Source: Acidimicrobiia bacterium (GTDB lineage Bacteria; Actinomycetota; Acidimicrobiia; IMCC26256; JACDBD01). From it: a DNA stretch of 61,894 nt. The stretch spans positions 1 to 61,894 of the forward strand of contig DASZGY010000019.1 in assembly GCA_035938395.1 (NCBI GenBank), written 5' to 3'. This document shows, one piece after another, positions 28,406 through 35,221 of the stretch (positions within the stretch are counted from its first letter, which is position 1; every line of letters begins with the position of its first letter). Below the pieces are notes generated by a model, which saw only the letters and a program-made list of their open reading frames with translations, had not been told where the DNA came from and did not search any database. The translations under genes and the position numbers were made by a program.

Positions 28406-29038
28406 CTACATCCGCTCGAGGAGCGCGGCCTTCTTGGTCTCGAACTCCTCGGCGGTGATGTGCCCCTTGTCGCGCAGGGCGGCGAGCTGCTCGATCTGGT
28501 CGGGGATGTTGGCGGCACCACCGGCGGTTGCCGGCGGGGCCGACCAGCTCGCGGTCTCCTTCGCGTTGATCTCCATCTGGCGGTAGATCTCCTGCTGCAC
28601 CGCGTCGGGGTGGCGGACGTCCTCGAAGTGTGACTGGCCCTCTCGGCCCGCCGACTCGATGTCGAGGTCGCCGGCGCCGATCAGTCGCTCGAAGATCCGC
28701 TGGTCGAAGTTGATGTTGTTGATCCGCTCGAGCGGGATCTCGACCCCGTGCTTCGAGAGCATGCCGGTGCGGAAGATCACGCGGTCGTCGGTCACCACGA
28801 AATGCGTGTACTGCCACTGGAAGTACTTGATGGCGAGCCACCCCGCCCAGATGACCGCGAGGATCGCCCATGCCCACCCGGCGACCGTCTGCACGCTGCC
28901 CGAGAGCATGAGCACGCCGATGAGCGCGAGGAAAAGCGGGATCCCGGTGAGGATGTGCTTCGAGAAGTACCACCAGTGCGGATGGAGATCGAGCGCGACC
29001 GTCTCGCCCTCGTTGAGCAGATGCCGCGGGTAAGGCAT
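28406..29038 (-). CDS. Membrane protein with bacterial PH domain and C-terminal SHOCT
   Basis: HPHW, two TM helices, VTDDRVIFRTG...EIPLERIN...GDLDIESAG, LAALRDKGHITAEEFETKKAALL. Confidence 0.88.
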   Translation of the reverse strand: MPYPRHLLNEGETVALDLHPHWWYFSKHILTGIPLFLALIGVLMLSGSVQTVAGWAWAILAVIWAGWLAIKYFQWQYTHFVVTDDRVIFRTGMLSKHGVEIPLERINNINFDQRIFERLIGAGDLDIESAGREGQSHFEDVRHPDAVQQEIYRQMEINAKETASWSAPPATAGGAANIPDQIEQLAALRDKGHITAEEFETKKAALLERM

Positions 29039-29047
29039 GGCCCGAGG

Positions 29048-30364
29048 TTACGGCGACGCGACCGGGCCGAGCACGCGATCCAGGTACGGGTTCCGGAACC
29101 GACCCTCGGGGTCGAGGCGGGCGCGGACGGCCTGGAAGCGCGTCCAGTCGTGATACCTCGGTGCGAGGGTCTCGGCTGTCTGGTAGTGCATCTTCCCCCA
29201 GTGGGGTCGGCCGCCGACGTCGTCCATGATCGCCTCGACGCCCCGGAAGTACTGATCGAACGGCGTTCCCGCCGACAGGTGCACCGCGAGATAGCCCGTC
29301 TCGCGCCCGCTCGCCGTGCTCAGTGGGATGTCGTCGGCCGCCGCGACTCGTAGCTCGATCGGGAAGTTCACCGCCAAGCCCTCGCGCTCGATGAGATCGC
29401 GCACGCGGAGCAGCGTCTTGCCGAGCTCGGCGCGCGGGATGGCGTATTCCATCTCGACGAACCGCACGAGCCGCCGGCTGCACAGCACCCGATGGCTCAC
29501 GTCGACGACCTCGGTCTTGCCGATCCCGCCGGCGACGAGGTTCATGAGCTTCGGGACCGCATCGGGACGCCGGCGTCCGAGCGCGGCCGCGGCGCCGAAC
29601 GCGAAGTTGGCGAGCAGGATGTCGTCGCGCCACGCCTTCCACGACGACTTGGTGCGGAGTGGCTCGTCGGTCCGGTTGGCGACCTTGACGGTGGCGACGT
29701 CGGTGTGCGGGAACCAGTAACAGTCGATGTGCTCGTTGTGGTCGACGATGTCGTCGAGGTCGTCGATGAGCGACTCGAGGGGCCGGGGCTTCTCGATCGA
29801 GTGCAGACGGAACGACGGTTGGCACTGGAGCGTCACCTTCGTCACCACGCCGAGCGCGCCGAGGCCGACGCGTGCGCTCGCGAACACCTCGGGCTCTTCG
29901 TCGCGCGAGCAGCGCAGCACCTCGCCGTCGGCCGTGACGAGCTCCAGCGCGGTCACGAAGGTGGCCAGGCCGCCGAAGCCCTTCCCGCCGCCGTGCGTGG
30001 CGGTCGCGATCGCGCCCGAGATCGACTGCCGGTCGATGTCGCCCAGGTTTGCCAGCGCCAGGTGGCGCGTCTCCAGCTCGTCGTTGAGCTGCCACAGCGG
30101 GATGCCGCCCTCGACGGTGACCGTGCGCGCGTCGCGGTCCATCGCGACGATCCGGTTGAGCCCGCCCAGGCGCAGCATCCGGCCGTCGGTGCAGGCGATA
30201 CCGGTGAACGAGTGACCGGCGCCCACGACCTTGACCGTCTGTCCCGCTCGCTTCGCCCGCTGCACCGCCTCGACGACCTCGAGCTCGCTCGTGGGCGTCT
30301 CGACGGCCGCGGGGCTGCACTGCTGGTTGCGACCCCAGTTGCGCCAGCGGGCCCCGTCGCGCAT
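29048..30364 (-). CDS. FAD-linked aldonolactone oxidase (D-arabinono-1,4-lactone/L-gulonolactone oxidase family)
   Basis: WRNWG, VGAGHSF (covalent FAD His), TATHG, EMEYA, GRPHWGK. Confidence 0.9.
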   Translation of the reverse strand: MRDGARWRNWGRNQQCSPAAVETPTSELEVVEAVQRAKRAGQTVKVVGAGHSFTGIACTDGRMLRLGGLNRIVAMDRDARTVTVEGGIPLWQLNDELETRHLALANLGDIDRQSISGAIATATHGGGKGFGGLATFVTALELVTADGEVLRCSRDEEPEVFASARVGLGALGVVTKVTLQCQPSFRLHSIEKPRPLESLIDDLDDIVDHNEHIDCYWFPHTDVATVKVANRTDEPLRTKSSWKAWRDDILLANFAFGAAAALGRRRPDAVPKLMNLVAGGIGKTEVVDVSHRVLCSRRLVRFVEMEYAIPRAELGKTLLRVRDLIEREGLAVNFPIELRVAAADDIPLSTASGRETGYLAVHLSAGTPFDQYFRGVEAIMDDVGGRPHWGKMHYQTAETLAPRYHDWTRFQAVRARLDPEGRFRNPYLDRVLGPVASP

Positions 30365-30394
30365 CGGCCGAGAGCCTAGGTGGTCGGCGAAGCC

Positions 30395-30760
30395 CTAGCT
30401 CCAGCCCAGCTCGCGGAGGCGGGCATCGTCGATGCCGAAGTGGTGCCCGATCTCGTGGACCACGGTGACCCGGATCTGGTGGGCGAGGTGCGCTTCGTCT
30501 TGTGACCGCTCGCACAATGGTCCCCGGAAGATCGTGACGCGGTCCGGCATCACGCCCGCGTAGTTGAGCGGCGAGCGGTTGGTGAGCTGTACGCCTTCGT
30601 ACAGACCGAGGAGCGTGCCCGGCCGACCACCGAGCTGCTCGCGTGTCGGCCAGTCCTCGACGAGGACCACCACGTTGTCCATGTGCACGGCCAGGTCGGG
30701 GGGAATGGAGTCGAGCGCGTCGGCGACGAGCTCTTCGAACCGGGGGCGCGACACGTGCAT
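30395..30760 (-). CDS. Minimal zincin-like metallopeptidase (Zincin_1)
   Basis: FEELVADALD, LLGLYEG, PDRVTIFR, VVHEIGHHFGIDD. Confidence 0.9.
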   Translation of the reverse strand: MHVSRPRFEELVADALDSIPPDLAVHMDNVVVLVEDWPTREQLGGRPGTLLGLYEGVQLTNRSPLNYAGVMPDRVTIFRGPLCERSQDEAHLAHQIRVTVVHEIGHHFGIDDARLRELGWS

Positions 30761-30791
30761 CAAACGAAAGTACCCGAGGTCGCGAAGTCCC

Positions 30792-30820
30792 TTGACGGCG
30801 CGCGGTCGCGGTCGTATGTT
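30792..30820 (+). promoter_or_regulatory. Primary-sigma promoter of the candidate ncRNA
   Basis: TTGACG (30792-30797), 17-bp spacer, TATGTT (30815-30820). Confidence 0.8.
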
Positions 30821-30827
30821 CCGTGGC

Positions 30828-31056
30828 ACCGGTGACAAGGGCACGGCACTGGTGATGTCTGCAAGGACAGCAGCCGGAATACGGGTCCGAGGAGTCGGTC
30901 GGCGACCGAACGTCGGAGCGATCCGGCGCCGGGGGCCGGGACAGAGCCGATGGGGACGCCCCGCCCGCCGGGGAGCCCCCGAAGCAATCGTCCGAACGGG
31001 AGGCCCCGAGGAGATCGGAGCTGCGACGCAGCGAAGACTACTCGGGGCCTTTTCCA
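30828..31056 (+). ncRNA. Candidate structured non-coding RNA (~230 nt), family not recognised
   Basis: Bounded by a consensus promoter and a terminator; several hairpins with GNRA loops (TGTCT-GCAA-GGACA; GTCGGA-GCGA-TCCGGC); no credible ORF. Confidence 0.7.
31001..31056 (+). terminator. Intrinsic terminator-like composite hairpin
   Basis: AGGCCCCGAG (31001-31010) pairs with CTCGGGGCCT (31041-31050), apical GCTGC-GAC-GCAGC, followed by TTTCCATTT. Confidence 0.75.
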
Positions 31057-31122
31057 TTTCCGCGTGTGCGACTCGAGGGACGGTCCGCGGTTCCTGTCGT
31101 ACCCGATCGGTATGGTCCACGA

Positions 31123-33168
31123 GTGCGTCCTGACCAATTGCTCGAGGACCCGTTGCTCGAGGGCCTCGACGAGGCGCAGCGTGAGGCCGTCACCACGCGT
31201 GCCGTACCGCTCGCGATTCTCGCCGGCGCCGGCGCGGGCAAGACGCGCGTCCTGACCCGTCGCATCGCCTGGCAGGCCCGGCACGCGCACATCGACCCGG
31301 GGCACACGCTCGCCGTCACGTTCACGCGCAAGGCCGCCGGCGAGCTCGGCGATCGCCTCACCCGGCTCGGGGTCCGCCGCCAGGTCGCCGCGGGCACGTT
31401 CCACGCCATCGCGCTGGCCCAGCTTCGGCGGCGGTGCGAGGACCACGACCAGCCGATGCCGAAGCTGCTCGACCGGAAAGCGCGCCTCCTCGTGCCGATG
31501 CTGCCGGGGCGGGGCGGGGAGCGCGCGCTGCTCGCCGCCGAGGTCGCCACCGAGATCGAGTGGGCCAAGGCACGCCTCGTCCGCGCCGACGGCTACCAGG
31601 CTGCCGCGGAGGCGGCGCGGCGGGACCCGCCGCGACCCCCGGCCGAGATCGCCGTGTTCTTCGAGCGGTACGAACGCGAGCGCCGCCGGCGGGGGCTCGT
31701 CGATTTCGACGACCTCATCACGTGGTGCGCCCACGCGCTCGAGACCGACGCCGAGTTCCAGGCCGCGCAGCGATGGCGGTTCCAGCACGTCTTCGTCGAC
31801 GAGTTCCAGGACGCCAACCCCGCCCAGTTCCGCCTCGTCCGCGCCTGGCTCGGCGACCGCCCCGACCTGTGCGTCGTCGGTGACGGCGACCAGGCGATCT
31901 ATGGGTTCGCGGGCGCCGACGCGTCGTATCTCACCTCGTTCGGCGACCACTTCCCCGACGCGTCCGTCGTGCGGCTCGGCACGAACTACCGCTCCTCGCC
32001 GCAGGTGGTGTCGGCGGCGGCCGCGGTGCTGGAGACGAGCGGTGATCGAGCCGACGTCCGCAGCTCGCGACCCGAGGGCCCGCTCCCCGTCGTCCGTTCG
32101 TACCCCAGCGACGAAGCCGAAGCCGAGGGCGTCGCCCGTACGTTGCGGCGCGACCACGCGCCGGGGACCCCGTGGTCGTCGGCGGCGGTGCTGTACCGGA
32201 CGAACGCCCAGTCGGCGCTGTTCGAGGAGGCACTCCGGCGCGAAGGCGTCCCGTTCCGCGTTCGGGGCGGCGGACGGTTCCTCGACCGACCGGAGGTCCA
32301 GGTCGCGCTGGAGACGCTGCGCGAGCGGACCCGCGAACAGCCCGGCGTCCCGTTCGCGGGACATCTGGAAGCCCTCACCGAGAGCACCGCCGACGCGTCC
32401 GAGGAACGACGCGAGCACGTCGAGGCGATCGGCCGCCTCGGCCGCGACTACCTCGTCGCCGACGGCGGCATCGGCTCACTCGCCGGGTTCCTCGAGTTCC
32501 TGCAGACCGCGTTGCGGGCCGGCGACGACACCGGCGCCACGAGCGCCGATGCAGTGGAGCTGCTCAGCTTCCATCGCGCCAAGGGGCTCGAGTTCGACAC
32601 CGTGTTCGTCGCCGGCTTGGAGACGGGGCTCGTGCCGATCGTGCACGCCGAGACGCCGCAGGAGAAGGCCGAGGAGCTGCGCCTCCTGTACGTGGCGTTG
32701 TCGCGCGCCGAGCGCTCGCTGCACGTGAGCTGGGCCCAGAAGCGCACCGTTGGGATGCGTACGTACCGCCGTACGCCCAGCCCGTGGCTGGCTCCGATCG
32801 AGGCGACGGTGTCGGCGGCGCGCACGCCGGAACGCGGCAGCGGCGCGCGCGACCGGCAGGGTCACGGGCTCGCCGCCGCCCGTGAGCAGGTCGCCGGGGC
32901 GCGACGCCAGTCCGGAGCCGACCGCGAGCGCCCGCTCGACGCCGAGGCAACCGAGCTCCTGGGCGCGCTGCTCGAATGGCGTCGAAACCTCGCGCGCGCG
33001 TCGGGCGTGCCGGCGTACGTGATCTTCCACGACACGACCCTCGAGGCCGTCGCCCGCGACCGGCCGCAGTCCCGGGGCGACCTGCTGACGATCCCGGGCA
33101 TCGGGCCGGTCAAGCTCCAGCGGCACGGCCAGGCTCTGCTCGAGATGGTCGGCCGCCACGCCGGCTGA
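31123..33168 (+). CDS. uvrD2: ATP-dependent DNA helicase UvrD2 (C-terminal HRDC)
   Basis: AGAGAGKT, TFTRKAA, VDEFQD, VGDGDQAIY, NYRS, HRAKGLEF, LLYVALSRA; HRDC WRR...VPAYVIFHDTTL; leaderless GTG 6 nt after TATGGT. Confidence 0.92.
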   Translation: MRPDQLLEDPLLEGLDEAQREAVTTRAVPLAILAGAGAGKTRVLTRRIAWQARHAHIDPGHTLAVTFTRKAAGELGDRLTRLGVRRQVAAGTFHAIALAQLRRRCEDHDQPMPKLLDRKARLLVPMLPGRGGERALLAAEVATEIEWAKARLVRADGYQAAAEAARRDPPRPPAEIAVFFERYERERRRRGLVDFDDLITWCAHALETDAEFQAAQRWRFQHVFVDEFQDANPAQFRLVRAWLGDRPDLCVVGDGDQAIYGFAGADASYLTSFGDHFPDASVVRLGTNYRSSPQVVSAAAAVLETSGDRADVRSSRPEGPLPVVRSYPSDEAEAEGVARTLRRDHAPGTPWSSAAVLYRTNAQSALFEEALRREGVPFRVRGGGRFLDRPEVQVALETLRERTREQPGVPFAGHLEALTESTADASEERREHVEAIGRLGRDYLVADGGIGSLAGFLEFLQTALRAGDDTGATSADAVELLSFHRAKGLEFDTVFVAGLETGLVPIVHAETPQEKAEELRLLYVALSRAERSLHVSWAQKRTVGMRTYRRTPSPWLAPIEATVSAARTPERGSGARDRQGHGLAAAREQVAGARRQSGADRERPLDAEATELLGALLEWRRNLARASGVPAYVIFHDTTLEAVARDRPQSRGDLLTIPGIGPVKLQRHGQALLEMVGRHAG

Positions 33169-33175
33169 CTCCCCG

Positions 33176-33204
33176 TTGACGGGGCCGGCAGCCTCGGCCA
33201 CGAT
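33176..33204 (+). promoter_or_regulatory. Putative promoter of the sigma-region-4-like gene
   Basis: TTGACG-N17-CACGAT; the -35 sits inside palindrome CCCCGT-TG-ACGGGG (33171-33184). Confidence 0.55.
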
Positions 33205-33235
33205 GCGGGCACGGCAGCGGCAACGGAGTGACGCG

Positions 33236-33553
33236 ATGGCTTGGTCGAGCTTTCCGGTCTTCCCCTCCGACGACGGCTGGCCGTACCCCGATCTCCCCGC
33301 CGGGTTCGACGATCCCGCCACGGACGACGAAGTCGACCTCGACGCCCTGGAGCTCCGGGCCGACCCGCACGCGTTCGAGTGCCTCGACCCCACCGAGTAC
33401 GAGCTCGTGGCCCGCCGGTTCGGGTTCAACGGCGCCGCCACGTCGATGAAGGACCTCGCCCACGAGCGCGGCTGGTCACACACCCAGACTCGCGCCGTGC
33501 TGGGCGGCGCCATCGACAAGCTCCGCACCCGGCTCACCACCGACCCGCTCTGA
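33236..33553 (+). CDS. Stand-alone sigma-70 region-4-like HTH protein (105 aa)
   Basis: GGAG RBS; LDPTEYELVARRFGF...SMKDLAHERGWSHTQTRAVLGGAIDKLR parallels sigma4 (L..RE..V...RFG....TL.EI....G.....VR.....AL.KLR); no region 2. Confidence 0.65.
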   Translation: MAWSSFPVFPSDDGWPYPDLPAGFDDPATDDEVDLDALELRADPHAFECLDPTEYELVARRFGFNGAATSMKDLAHERGWSHTQTRAVLGGAIDKLRTRLTTDPL

Positions 33554-33583
33554 ATCACGCGCGCTCCGTACGTCGCAGCGCGC

Positions 33584-34072
33584 TCAGCACTCGCTCCAGA
33601 GACCACGGCCGGCACGCTTGGCGTCGAGCTCCTCTCGCAGCATCGTGCGGGCGTGTGCGTGATTGGGCTCGATGACCAGGAGGCGGGCGTATCCGCGGCG
33701 CAGTAGCTCGTCGTTGAACCGCTCGCCGTCGACGACGACGTACGCGAGGCGGCGGCCGTACCGATCGCGTCCCTCGATGTCGTCCTCCAGCTGCACCGCC
33801 CGTCCCGCCAGGTGCTCCTCGGTGAACGTGGCGGCCTCGGGCCCGAAGCATTCGACCGGCTTGGTCGGATGATGGGTCTCGGGCGTGTTGATGCCCAGCA
33901 GCCGGACCGTGTCGGTGTCGTTGCCGCCGCGGGCCACCTCGATCGTGTCGCCGTCGACGACGCGGACGACAGTCCATTCGGCGGTCGCGGCGTGGTGAGC
34001 TCGTCCGAGCCGCCAACCCCCGAGTGAGGCGGCGGCGAGGATCACCACGACCACGACCCGGGAGCGGGTCAT
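33584..34072 (-). CDS. Thermonuclease (SNase) family secreted/anchored nuclease
   Basis: N-terminal hydrophobic helix, VVDGDT, VRLLGINTPE, DRYGRRLAYV, RGLW. Confidence 0.92.
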   Translation of the reverse strand: MTRSRVVVVVILAAASLGGWRLGRAHHAATAEWTVVRVVDGDTIEVARGGNDTDTVRLLGINTPETHHPTKPVECFGPEAATFTEEHLAGRAVQLEDDIEGRDRYGRRLAYVVVDGERFNDELLRRGYARLLVIEPNHAHARTMLREELDAKRAGRGLWSEC

Positions 34073-34110
34073 ACAGGGATCGTACCGAGGCGGTGTGACG
34101 GCTTCCCGGG

Positions 34111-34590
34111 TCAGTACTGCGCGAAGTACGGCTTCTCGGGCTCGCGCTTCTCCAAGAGGATGAACACCAGCCCGTGCGGATCGGCGAACCACGTAGTGCG
34201 CAGGCCGACGATCTCGGCGGTCCCCTGAGTGAGGAAGTGCACACCCTTGCCCTCGAGCTCGACGCGGGTCTCGGCGATGTCGTCGCACACCAGCCCGACG
34301 TGGGTGAACCCGTGGTCCGTCACCGACGCGTCCTGCGGCCGGGGGTGGCCGGGCGCCCGCGGATACTCGATGACCTCGAGCACACGGTCGCCGCCATCCG
34401 GGAACCCGAGGATGGCGGCCTTCACCGCCACCGGGCTCGGCACCAGCTCGCCCATGTCGTGCTCGATGGCGTCGCCCTCCACGAGGTAGGGCGGCGAGAG
34501 GATGGTGAGGCCGAGCACGGACCGGTACCACTCGACGGCCGCCTCGACGTCCGGCACGCACACCGCCGTGTGGGCGATCCCGGTGATCAC
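34111..34590 (-). CDS. VOC/glyoxalase family protein
   Basis: IAHTAVCVPD...WYRSVLG, LEVIEY, GFTHVGLVCDD, WFADPHG...LE. Confidence 0.85.
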   Translation of the reverse strand: MITGIAHTAVCVPDVEAAVEWYRSVLGLTILSPPYLVEGDAIEHDMGELVPSPVAVKAAILGFPDGGDRVLEVIEYPRAPGHPRPQDASVTDHGFTHVGLVCDDIAETRVELEGKGVHFLTQGTAEIVGLRTTWFADPHGLVFILLEKREPEKPYFAQY

Positions 34591-34646
34591 CCGACGGACG
34601 TTAGGGGATGAGCGATCAGCGGCAAGCCCGCCGCTAGCTTTCCCCG

Positions 34647-35207
34647 ATGATGGCTCGTCGGGTCCGGCGTCTCGCGGTCGTCGTGCTCGTGCTGCTCGTG
34701 ATCGGGGGGATCGCGCTCGTGCTGACGACCCGCCCCAAGCTCGAGGACGCGCGAGACGGCGTCGACCGCGCGTGGACGCCGCTGCGGGGGCCGCTCTCCG
34801 AGAGGTACGCCAAGCTCGCGGAAGCGAACACGCAACTCGTTGCGGCGGGGGGCGGCGAACGAAACGTGTCCCGGGCTCTTGGGCTCCGGCTGGGCCGTTG
34901 GGACGAGCTGCGACGTGCCAAGGACGGCGATGCCGACGCCGACGCCGAGGCCCAGACCGCCGACCAGCTCGAAGGGCTCGCCACCCGGCTCCAAGCCGTC
35001 GTGTCGAGCTCCGACCGGCTGCGGGCGTCCGAACCCCTGAACCAGGCGATCGCCGCCTTCCAGGGCACGTTGCCGTCCCCACCGGCGGTCACGGCGTACA
35101 ACCGCACCGCCCGCGACTACGAGGACGAACGCAACGGCCTCCTGCGCGGCCCGGTCGCGAGCCTGTTCGGCTACGAGTCGCGACCGCAGCTGGTGCTCGG
35201 GACGTAG
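34647..35207 (+). CDS. LemA-like membrane-anchored protein
   Basis: N-terminal TM, VDRAW...L..RY, C-terminal AYN...RDY...GPVASLFGY. Confidence 0.7.
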   Translation: MMARRVRRLAVVVLVLLVIGGIALVLTTRPKLEDARDGVDRAWTPLRGPLSERYAKLAEANTQLVAAGGGERNVSRALGLRLGRWDELRRAKDGDADADAEAQTADQLEGLATRLQAVVSSSDRLRASEPLNQAIAAFQGTLPSPPAVTAYNRTARDYEDERNGLLRGPVASLFGYESRPQLVLGT

Positions 35208-35221
35208 CTCGAGCGTTCAGG

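Noticed and set aside
27678-30515. 945-aa ORF suggesting a large fusion protein
   Set aside because: Only the last ~240 codons are BtuF-like; the rest is an Arg/Pro-rich off-frame reading of the PH and ALO genes.
30828-31056. Known riboswitch (cobalamin, c-di-AMP, TPP, SAM) or SRP RNA as the identity of this element
   Set aside because: I could not find their diagnostic conserved motifs, and uvrD2 has its own leaderless promoter. It is left as an unassigned ncRNA pending an Rfam search.
31123-34072. Helicase plus nuclease as an anti-phage defence system
   Set aside because: The helicase is a housekeeping UvrD2 with HRDC, and the nuclease is a convergent secreted SNase; there is no island or mobility signature.
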